A stretch of DNA of 64,000 nucleotides from Candidatus Dormibacteria bacterium (lineage in GTDB: Bacteria; Chloroflexota; Dormibacteria; Aeolococcales; Aeolococcaceae). Of this stretch, positions 36,765-44,763 are shown piece by piece. The stretch is from contig JBIOIZ010000004.1 of NCBI GenBank assembly GCA_044450385.1, forward strand, positions 18,334-82,333. Reading direction: 5' to 3'. The position numbers and the translations under genes are program-made. Below the pieces are notes generated by a model. That model saw nothing but the letters and a program-made list of their open reading frames with translations. It ran no database searches and was not told where the DNA came from. Within the stretch, counting starts at the first letter, position 1. Each line of letters opens with the position of its first letter.

Positions 36765-36783
36765 TTTATATATGATATATGAC
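36765..36783. promoter_or_regulatory. AT-rich heptad element, site e: TTTATATATGATATATGAC (reverse complement reads CATATAT CATATAT)
   Basis: Ends 2 nt before ATG 36786 with no Shine-Dalgarno sequence, so a leaderless start is predicted. Also lies upstream of the divergent dehydrogenase gene. Confidence 0.45.
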
Positions 36784-36785
36784 CC

Positions 36786-37679
36786 ATGGTCGACTCGATC
36801 GGTCTCGTCACGCCCACGGGCTCGCTGGGTCTCCGCTTGCGGCAGTTGCTGGAGCGCCACGGCGCCGTGCTCATGCCGGGTGCGCACAACGGCCTCGCCG
36901 CCATTCAGGCAAGGAATGCCGGCTTCGACGCCCTGTATCTGTCGGGCGCCGCAATGTCGGCGTCGATGGGGTTGCCCGACGTCGGCGTGATCACCATCGA
37001 CGACGTGTGCTTCTTCATCCGGCAGGTTGTCCGCGCCACAAGTCTGCCGGTTCTCGTGGACGGTGACACCGGGCACGGCGAAGCGCTCAACGTCGCCTAC
37101 ATGGTTCGCGCCTTCGAGGATGCCGGCGCTGCAGCAGTGCACATCGAAGACCAGATCCTGCCGAAGAAGTGCGGCCATCTGCGCGACAAGCGCATGGCGA
37201 CTCCAGAGGACATGGTGATCCGGATCAGGGCAGCCGTGATGGCGAGGCGCGACATGCTCGTCGTCGCTCGTACCGATGCGCTCGAGAGTGAGGGACTCGA
37301 CGGAGCCATCGCTCGCAGTCTCCGCTACCTCGACGCAGGCGCCGATGCGATCTTTCCCGAAGCCCTGACGAGTGAGTCCATGTTCCGCGAGTTCGCATCG
37401 CGTGTTGATGCACCCCTGCTTGCGAATCTCACGGAATTCGGGCAGACGCCCGCCTTCACCGCTGCCGAGATCGAGGAGATGGGCTACAAGATGGTGATCT
37501 GGCCCACGACATCGATGCGCCTCGCCGCACGTGCCCAGATGGATGCATACACCGCCATCCGCGATACCGGCACCACGACCTCGCTGCTCGACCGCCTGTT
37601 CACTCGAGAGGACATGGAGGCGACCCTGAACTACCCGGCCTACGAAGCGCTCGACGCCAGGCTCGCCACCGGTCGATGA
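36786..37679 (+). CDS. Methylisocitrate lyase / PEP-mutase-superfamily (isocitrate-lyase-like) enzyme
   Basis: KKCGH signature, ...GADAIFPEAL...; 297 aa. Confidence 0.88.
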   Translation: MVDSIGLVTPTGSLGLRLRQLLERHGAVLMPGAHNGLAAIQARNAGFDALYLSGAAMSASMGLPDVGVITIDDVCFFIRQVVRATSLPVLVDGDTGHGEALNVAYMVRAFEDAGAAAVHIEDQILPKKCGHLRDKRMATPEDMVIRIRAAVMARRDMLVVARTDALESEGLDGAIARSLRYLDAGADAIFPEALTSESMFREFASRVDAPLLANLTEFGQTPAFTAAEIEEMGYKMVIWPTTSMRLAARAQMDAYTAIRDTGTTTSLLDRLFTREDMEATLNYPAYEALDARLATGR

Positions 37680-37810
37680 CTTGGTTCGTGGTCCCGGCAC
37701 AGCCGCGCGAGACACATCCAATGCGTGTTGACAGGCGCTGAGCGGGACAAACCCTCGCATCCGCGCCGTCGTTCGATTGCCTGCCACTCACTCTGGAGGA
37801 CCGTAACAGC

Positions 37811-38902
37811 ATGGCGCGACACACAATCACCATCATTCCGGGCGACGGGGTTGGTCCCGAATTGAGCGCCGCGGCATGCCGGGCCATCGATGCGACCGGT
37901 GTCGAGATCTCGTGGGAAGTTCACAACGCCGGCCTCGCCGTCATGGAGGCAGGCGGTGACCCGTTGCCCCCGGCGGTGGTCGAGTCCATCCGGCGGAACA
38001 AGGTTGCACTCAAAGGGCCGCTCACCACGCCGCTGGGGACGGGCATCCGGTCCGTCAACGTCGCGCTGCGCCGCGAGCTCGACCTCTTTGCCCTGGTACG
38101 CCCCCTGAAGTCATATCCCGGGGTGCGCAGTCGCTTCGAGGACATCGACCTCGTCGTGGTGCGGGAGAACACCGAGGACCTCTATGCGGGCATCGAGTTC
38201 GCCGCCGGCGAACCCGAGACGCTCGAGCTGATCGCGGATATCGAACGTCTCAACGGAAGGAAGATCCGCTCCGATGCCGGCATCAGCATCAAGCCCATCT
38301 CGATCTTCGGCACACGGCGTGTGTTCCGCTTCGCGTTCCAGTGGGCCATCGACAACGGGCGTCATATGGTCACGGCTGTTCACAAAGCGAACATCATGAA
38401 ATACACGGACGGGTTGTGGCTGCGCATCGCCGAGGAGGTGAGCCACGAGTTCCCGCAGATCGAGTTCAACGATCGCATCGTCGACAACATGGCGATGCAG
38501 CTTGTGCAAAAGCCCGAGATGTACGACGTCATGGTCATGCCCAACCTCTACGGCGACATCCTCACCGATCTCGGGGCAGGGATGATCGGCGGCCTCGGTA
38601 TCGCTGCCGGGGCGAACTTCGGCGACGGTGTGGCCATGTTCGAGGCCACCCACGGCAGCGCGCCGAAATATGCGGGACAGAACAAGGCGAATCCGATGGC
38701 CATGATGTTCAGCGGCGTCCTCATGCTGCGCTACATCGGCGAGCAAGACGCGGCCGACCGGCTCGAACGGGCACTCGCGCAGGTCATCGCCGAGGGACGC
38801 AGCGTGACCTACGACATGAAGGCCAAACGCGACGACCCGAGCGCGGTCGGGACCGCAGAGGTGGCGGGTGCGGTTGTCGAGGCACTCGGACGCTCAGCCT
38901 GA
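37811..38902 (+). CDS. Isocitrate/isopropylmalate dehydrogenase-family enzyme, paralog 3 (NAD-isocitrate/homoisocitrate dehydrogenase-like)
   Basis: TITIIPGDGVGPEL..., ...PNLYGDILTDLGAGMIGGLGIAAG...; GGAGGA Shine-Dalgarno sequence upstream. Confidence 0.9.
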   Translation: MARHTITIIPGDGVGPELSAAACRAIDATGVEISWEVHNAGLAVMEAGGDPLPPAVVESIRRNKVALKGPLTTPLGTGIRSVNVALRRELDLFALVRPLKSYPGVRSRFEDIDLVVVRENTEDLYAGIEFAAGEPETLELIADIERLNGRKIRSDAGISIKPISIFGTRRVFRFAFQWAIDNGRHMVTAVHKANIMKYTDGLWLRIAEEVSHEFPQIEFNDRIVDNMAMQLVQKPEMYDVMVMPNLYGDILTDLGAGMIGGLGIAAGANFGDGVAMFEATHGSAPKYAGQNKANPMAMMFSGVLMLRYIGEQDAADRLERALAQVIAEGRSVTYDMKAKRDDPSAVGTAEVAGAVVEALGRSA

Positions 38903-38911
38903 AAGCGCTTC

Positions 38912-38941
38912 GGCCGTGTTGCCGGCAGAGGACACGCGGCC
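38912..38941. terminator. Imperfect hairpin GGCCGTGT...ACACGCGGCC between convergent genes
   Basis: 8-bp stem with a 2-nt bulge, read directly; no U-tract. Confidence 0.3.
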
Positions 38942-38948
38942 GCGTCCG

Positions 38949-39893
38949 TTACGTGAGCAGCCTGATCGGGGCGGCGGCGAGAAATGCCTGTATGTCCTCG
39001 ACAACGCCGGCAAAGAAGTGACCGTAGGTGTCGCGGGTCACGTATCCGATGTGCGGGGTCAGGATGACGTTGTCGAGGCGGCGGAGTTCGTGTCCTTGGG
39101 GCAGTGGCTCGGTGTCGTAGACGTCGATCGCCGCTCCGGCGATCCAACCCTCGCGGAGCGCACGCAGCAGCCCCTCCTGCTCGACCAATGGACCACGCGA
39201 CGTGTTGACGAGGTAGCTGGCCGGCTTCATCCTGCGAAGATCCGCCTCGGTGATGAGACCGCGAGTCCGCTTTCCGAGCACCATGTGGATCGAGATGACA
39301 TCCGCCTGCTCGAAGAATTCGTCGCGCGGGAGAGAGGTGACACCGTGCTCGGCGGCTCGCTCCACGGTGAGGTTGGGACTCCACGCGACAACGCGCATCT
39401 CGAACGCGTGTCCATACCGTGCAACTCGCACTCCCAGATGTCCCAGACCCACGAGTCCGAGCGTACGCCCAGCCAGGTCGGTTCCGACCGTGCGCTGCCA
39501 CCCGCCCGCCCGCATCGACGCGTGCTCCACGATGAGGTTGCGGAACGCGGCGATGATCAGTCCCCAGGTCAATTCGGCCGTCGACCACGTCAGTCCCCCG
39601 GTGCCACAGACGATCACCCCCGCTTCACGGGCCGCGCCAAGGTCGATGGCGGCATTGCGCATCCCCGTGGTCACAAGGAGACGAAGGTTGGGAAGTCGCT
39701 GCAGGACTCGAGCCGGAAACGCGGTTCGCTCGCGCATCGCCACAACGATCTCGTACCCGGAGATCCGTTCGACGAGCGCCTCTTCGTCAAGGTGCTCCAC
39801 GAAGAAGTCGACGCCCACGTCATCACCGAGGACACTCCAATCGACGATGGAGTGCGCGACCGCCTGATAGTCATCGAGGACAGCGACGTTCAT
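38949..39893 (-). CDS. D-isomer-specific 2-hydroxyacid dehydrogenase (NAD-binding)
   Basis: LGLVGLGHLGVRVA Rossmann motif. ATG 39893 (MNVAVLDDY...) is preferred over ORF start 40109. Confidence 0.88.
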   Translation of the reverse strand: MNVAVLDDYQAVAHSIVDWSVLGDDVGVDFFVEHLDEEALVERISGYEIVVAMRERTAFPARVLQRLPNLRLLVTTGMRNAAIDLGAAREAGVIVCGTGGLTWSTAELTWGLIIAAFRNLIVEHASMRAGGWQRTVGTDLAGRTLGLVGLGHLGVRVARYGHAFEMRVVAWSPNLTVERAAEHGVTSLPRDEFFEQADVISIHMVLGKRTRGLITEADLRRMKPASYLVNTSRGPLVEQEGLLRALREGWIAGAAIDVYDTEPLPQGHELRRLDNVILTPHIGYVTRDTYGHFFAGVVEDIQAFLAAAPIRLLT

Positions 39894-40031
39894 GTCGATT
39901 AGGCGGTGCCGCGGGTTCGGGCATGGCGGCGAGGGCAGTACGGCACGGCACCATGATATCGACCCCGCCGCCGTGCAACGCGCTGATCGCGCGTCACCCC
40001 GCCGGTCCCGGCATGCGATTGGTGGCGAAAC

Positions 40032-40658
40032 GTGAGTCCGACGCAGGCTACCGGGCGTGTCACCCCGGCAGGAGACGTCGTCAAGGCTCCGCCGCCCGTC
40101 CGGACGCAACTCCTCATCTGGCTGCGCATCGGCACGGCGAGCTTTGGTGGTGGCCAGGGCACACGACTCAACGTGTATCGCGCTGTCGTCGAGCAGGGCG
40201 GTTGGATGTCCCCACTCGAATTCGCGGAAGCCTGGGCGGTCTGTCAGATCGGCCCAGGCATGAGTCTCATCGCCCTCGCTGCCCTGATCGGCTATCGATT
40301 CTCACGTGCGGCCGGGGCCGTCGCGGCATTGCTGGGACTCCTGGTTCCGAGCGGCCTGATCACGGTCGCAATCACCATCGTGTATCTTCGGCTTGACGAA
40401 TATCCGCTCACCAAGTCGGCATTGCACGGGGTCGTGGCGGCGGTGCTTGGACTGGCCATAGCGAATGTCATCTTCAATGCTCGCCCCCTGCTCGCGGCGA
40501 GCTTCGAGAAGGGCCTCGGCATGCTGGTCCTCGCCATTGTGTTGATCTTCACCGACGCGATCGTCTTTGTAGTGGTCAATCCACCGGTGCTTGCGCTGCT
40601 CCTGCCTTCGGCCGTGATCTTCGCGTTGTGTTCACTGCTACGGGCGCGGCTCGCATGA
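40032..40658 (+). CDS. chrA: Chromate-ion-transporter (CHR) family protein, half-size, N-type
   Basis: LIWLRIGTASFGGGQG motif; ~200 aa with 5-6 TM segments. Confidence 0.85.
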   Translation: MSPTQATGRVTPAGDVVKAPPPVRTQLLIWLRIGTASFGGGQGTRLNVYRAVVEQGGWMSPLEFAEAWAVCQIGPGMSLIALAALIGYRFSRAAGAVAALLGLLVPSGLITVAITIVYLRLDEYPLTKSALHGVVAAVLGLAIANVIFNARPLLAASFEKGLGMLVLAIVLIFTDAIVFVVVNPPVLALLLPSAVIFALCSLLRARLA

Positions 40659-41173
40659 GCCGAGTCAGTTACGTGCTGCTCTTTCTCTTCGTGCTCAAGG
40701 CTCAGGTCATCTCGAACAACGGCATCGCCTCACTGCCGAGCTTGCACGCCGATCTGATCGGTCAAGGATGGGCCACCGACTCACAGTTCGCAGGAGCGCT
40801 GGTCGTCGGTCAATTGACGCCTGGGCCCAACGGGCTGTGGATCGTCAGCCTCGGCTATATCGTGGCCGGACCGCTTGGGGCCATCGTCGCGCTGTGTGCC
40901 GCCACGATTCCGCCGATGCTCGTGCTGCCGATCGACGCGCTGTACCGGCGGTTCGGCTCATTGCCCGGTGTCGAGGGATTCGTCCGAGGTATCGGACTCG
41001 CGGTGATCGGGGTCTCCCCGCTTGTCCTGGCGCAGGTGTTGCAGGGCAGCGGATTCGACAACTGGACGGCTGTCATCGCCGCGGTTGCGTTCGTCATGGT
41101 GTTGAGCCGTCGGGTTCCCAATATTGTCGTGGTGGCACTCGGCGCGGTGGCCGGCGTGTTGATCTATCGGTGA
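40655..41173 (+). CDS. chrA: Chromate-ion-transporter (CHR) family protein, half-size, C-type
   Basis: ATG 40655 overlaps the upstream stop (ATGA). ...QLTPGPNGLWIVSLGY... is a CHR motif. Confidence 0.85.
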   Translation: MSRVSYVLLFLFVLKAQVISNNGIASLPSLHADLIGQGWATDSQFAGALVVGQLTPGPNGLWIVSLGYIVAGPLGAIVALCAATIPPMLVLPIDALYRRFGSLPGVEGFVRGIGLAVIGVSPLVLAQVLQGSGFDNWTAVIAAVAFVMVLSRRVPNIVVVALGAVAGVLIYR

Positions 41174-41174
41174 C

Positions 41175-42461
41175 CTAGGCTCGCTGCTCCAGAGGCACAT
41201 AGTCGCGCCGCGGTTCGCCGACGTAGATCTGTCGCGGCCGGGCGATCTTCTGCTCCTTGTCGAGCAGCGACTCCTCCCATTGCGACAACCACCCCGCTGT
41301 TCGGCTCATCGCAAACAGGACCGGGAACATCGACACGGGAATGCCCAGCGCCTGGTAGATGAACCCGCTGTAGAAGTCGACGTTCGGGTACAGCTTGCGG
41401 GAGACGAAGTACTCGTCCTCGAGCGCGATCTTCTCCAACTCGCGAGCCACGTCGAGCAGTGGCGAGGACCCAGTGACGCCGAGGACCTGATCCGCCATCT
41501 TCTTGATCACCTTGGCGCGCGGATCGTAGTTCTTGTAGATCCGGTGACCGAACCCCATCAGCCGCTCTTTGCCGGCCTTCACACCGGCGATGAACTGTGG
41601 CACGCGGTCGACCGATCCGAGGCGCTCGATCATGCGGATGACCGCCTCATTGGCACCACCGTGGAGCGGACCGTAGAGCGCCGCGATCGCGGCTGCTGTC
41701 GTCGAGTACGGGTCGGGATGCGATGAACCCACTGCGCGCATCGCGTTCGTGGAGCAGTTCTGTTCGTGGTCGGCGTGGAGAATGAACAACACGTCGAGCG
41801 CGTGCTCGATCTCCGGTACCGGATCGTATTTCAGCTCGACCATCTTGAACATCATGTTCAGGAAGTTCCCGGCAAATGACAGGTCGTTGTCCGGGTAGTT
41901 GTACGGCAGTCCGAGCGAGTGGCGATACGCGAGCGCCGCCAGGGTCGGCATCTTGGCGATCAGTCGGTAGATCGAGATGCGCCGCTGTTCCTCGTCGTAG
42001 ATGTCGGTGGCCTGCGGATAGAACGTCGAGAGTCCGCCGACGGTGGATATCAGTATGCCCATCGGGTGGGCGTCGTGATGAAACCCGTCAATGAACTTCT
42101 TGATGTTCTCGTGGACCAGCGTGTGGTGAGTGATCTCTTTCTGCCACTCGCTCGCCTGCTGCATGGTCGGCAGCTCCCCGTGAACGAGCAGGTACGCGGT
42201 CTCCAGGTACGTGCTGTGCTCCGCAAGCTGCTCGATCGGATATCCGCGGTGCAGCAGAATTCCCCGGTCACCATCGATATATGTGATGGCGCTCCTGCAC
42301 GACGCCGTGTTCATGAACGCGGGGTCGTACACGAGCAGCCCGTGATCGTCCGGCGAGATCGACATCTGCTCGAACGCCGTGGCGCGCACCGCGCCGTTCT
42401 CGATGGCGACGTCGTAAGTTTTCCCGGACCGGTTGTCGGTGATCGTCAGACTCTCAGCCAT
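41175..42461 (-). CDS. gltA: Citrate synthase (type II)
   Basis: GFGHRIYKNYDPRA signature; 428 aa; N-terminal LTITDNRSGKTYD pattern. Confidence 0.93.
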   Translation of the reverse strand: MAESLTITDNRSGKTYDVAIENGAVRATAFEQMSISPDDHGLLVYDPAFMNTASCRSAITYIDGDRGILLHRGYPIEQLAEHSTYLETAYLLVHGELPTMQQASEWQKEITHHTLVHENIKKFIDGFHHDAHPMGILISTVGGLSTFYPQATDIYDEEQRRISIYRLIAKMPTLAALAYRHSLGLPYNYPDNDLSFAGNFLNMMFKMVELKYDPVPEIEHALDVLFILHADHEQNCSTNAMRAVGSSHPDPYSTTAAAIAALYGPLHGGANEAVIRMIERLGSVDRVPQFIAGVKAGKERLMGFGHRIYKNYDPRAKVIKKMADQVLGVTGSSPLLDVARELEKIALEDEYFVSRKLYPNVDFYSGFIYQALGIPVSMFPVLFAMSRTAGWLSQWEESLLDKEQKIARPRQIYVGEPRRDYVPLEQRA

Positions 42462-42816
42462 GGCAACCAGTTTGCCAGACCGGCCATCATCTACTCAGGA
42501 GGAGGTCGCCACGTCGGCCGGTCGTCGCGTGACCTCAGGCTGAGTGTGCTCCTGGACGTACGAGCTCGAGATAGACCTGGAGGACCTCCCGGCCGCCACG
42601 GCTGCCCGTATGCGCACCGTCACCACCAGCCGAAGGTCCCCCTTCTCGCCCAGGGTCGCGGCCGCCGTCGCCAGCCTGGATGCTGACCGGCTCTGTCAGC
42701 GCTTACAGGCTGGCCCGCGACGGTAGACCCAGGCAGGTTGGTCCGCAAGGGGTGAGCCGCTCCTCGGTTGCCCTCCTCTCGGGGCCGTTGGAGTCCTGAC
42801 GCCCCGATTCGCGCGC

Positions 42817-43566
42817 CTATGCCGCGAAGAGCCCGAACGCGGCGCCCTGAGGGTCGACGAGCACAGCGAAGCGTCCCGTCCCCGGAATGTCGCGCGGCTC
42901 GACGATGACACTGCCTCCGAGCTCGATTGCCTTCTTGACGTCTCGGTCCACATCGGTCGAGCCGAAGTACACCAGCCACGCGTCGGGCAGCTCAGCAGGC
43001 ATGTCGGGAGGCCGCGGCATGACGCCGGCGATGGTTCGGTCCTGCACCTGGGCTTCGGCATACTCGTCGACGCCGCCCCATCCCCAGTCGAACACCGCGG
43101 TGTAGAAGGCCTTGGACTTCGCCAGGTCCGAAGTGGTCAGCTCGCTCCAGATGAACGCACCGGCTTCGTTGACGAGGTCGGCGCCAAGGTGGCTCCCCGG
43201 TTGCCATGCCGCGATGATGGCTCCCGTGGTGTCGGTGAAGATGGCCATGCGTCCTGCGCCCATCACGTCCATCGGGCTGACGATGATTGCCCCGCCTGCA
43301 GCCTGGGCTCTGCTCGCGGCCCCGTCGATGTCGTTGACATTGATGTATGTGGTCCAGCGCGGCGGTCCCGGGTCCTGTGACGGGCTGATCGCCGCAACCT
43401 GCTTGCCTCCCTTCGACGCGATCGTGTAGTGCCCCGCCTCCTCGCCCTGGTCCTGGCCCTGCCAGCCGAACAGTTCGCTGTAGAAGGCCAGGCTGGCTTG
43501 TGGATCCGGTGTCCCGATATCGACCCACGAGGGCACGCCGTGTTCGTAGCTCGTCATCTCAGGCAT
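42817..43566 (-). CDS. VOC-family (glyoxalase/bleomycin-resistance fold) protein, two-domain
   Basis: HGVPSWVDIGTPDPQASLAFYSELFGW... repeated in the second half (...FIWSELTTSDLAKSKAFYTAVFDW...). Confidence 0.88.
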   Translation of the reverse strand: MPEMTSYEHGVPSWVDIGTPDPQASLAFYSELFGWQGQDQGEEAGHYTIASKGGKQVAAISPSQDPGPPRWTTYINVNDIDGAASRAQAAGGAIIVSPMDVMGAGRMAIFTDTTGAIIAAWQPGSHLGADLVNEAGAFIWSELTTSDLAKSKAFYTAVFDWGWGGVDEYAEAQVQDRTIAGVMPRPPDMPAELPDAWLVYFGSTDVDRDVKKAIELGGSVIVEPRDIPGTGRFAVLVDPQGAAFGLFAA

Positions 43567-43591
43567 GCGTCTCCTCCTTTTCTACGCGAGT

Positions 43592-44255
43592 CTACGCGAG
43601 CGCCGAAGCTTGAGCGATCAAGGCATGGGCCTGGTTGATCCACCCGTGGGCCGCGTCCGAAGCGATGGCCCGATGTTCGAACTCCAGGCCGTACAGCGCC
43701 TCACTGATCCTCGCTGCAAGCGCGTCTCGCTCGCTGCCGAGCCGCGCGATCCCGCGCTCGATCGCGCGGTACACGTCGTCGCCGTGCGACCTGCTCTCAA
43801 GCGCCCGCGTCGACGCCGTGAGGGTGGCGACACCGAATGCTCCAACGTCCGCATCGACCTGCTTGTAGGCGTTCTCGAGCTCGAGCAGCTGCGCGAACTT
43901 CCCGGCGCTGCCGTACGCGCCCGGCAGGAGCGCGCGGCTCACGTCCCCAACGAGGACGCGCCCATCGCTCACATAGTCGTCGTGCAGCCCGATCAGGGCC
44001 ATCATGGTCGGCCGAATATCGGTCTCGTCGGCCCACGTCTTCGCGTCAACGCCGCGTGCGGTGACGCCCGGCCCCACAAAGCCCACCCGTGAGGACGCAG
44101 CCTCCAGCGGCGATGGGTGCAGCGGCAGCCGCCGTCCCGCCGATGGGAAGCAGAGTAGATGCGGGAATGGCAGCGAGTACCGCCGCCGCTCCGATGAATC
44201 CTCCACGGAGTCTGTGAGCGGCTCCTGCCGCTGCACGAACGCGATGTCTCTCCAT
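43592..44255 (-). pseudogene. Remnant of a secreted alkaline-phosphatase-superfamily (nucleotide pyrophosphatase/phosphodiesterase-like) gene
   Basis: A signal peptide (MERHRVRAAAGAAHRLRGGFIGAAAVLAAIPAS..., from 44255) is in one frame. The C-terminal part (GPGVTARGV...ADETDIRPTMMALIGL...) is in another frame down to 43592. The catalytic core is missing. Confidence 0.45.
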
Positions 44256-44763
44256 GTCGACCTCTCCCTGTGACGCCGGGAACACTGGCCGGTACCGGCC
44301 GGAGCCGGTCCGTGCGGCTTGACGAATCCTAAGAAGTCCACAGTTAACAATTCGCTCGGACACGGTTGTGAACCGGTAAGCACCATCTGAAGGCGAGAGC
44401 AGACGGCGACAGTGGACACCGCTCCTTAACCACTGCATTGGACGTTCATAACCGCGGGCGTGGCGACAACGACTGGAACGTTCGCGAGGCTCTCAAGTGG
44501 AAGTCCATGAAGATCCACGCCGGCACGGAACCTGTGTCGCGGCGCGGTCGATACGTCTCCATTCCCTCTACCACGGGATGACTGAGGTCGATGAATCGAC
44601 TCATCGCCGCAGCTTAGACGGCCCGTCGCCGCGAGGGCTGCGCTCTCCTTTGCACGTTCCCGTATCCTCGGTTCATCCATGAGCCGGCGAATTCAGCTGT
44701 CAGCGGCGCCACCACCGGAATGAAGCGGTCCACCGGACGTAACTCCCGCGTCGGCGGCTGCGC

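Noticed and set aside
42462-42816. Possible SRP RNA, 6S RNA, RNase P fragment or riboswitch upstream of gltA
   Set aside because: None of the conserved cores I know is present: the SRP GGAAG/AGCAGC helix-8 motif, the RNase P GGAAAGUCC or ACAGAA motifs, or the B12 box. It is kept only as a low-interest unexplained region.
44046-44438. 130-aa ORF as an independent gene
   Set aside because: Only the segment from ATG 44255 looks like a signal peptide and the remainder is not protein-like. It is better explained as the 5' piece of the phosphodiesterase-like pseudogene.
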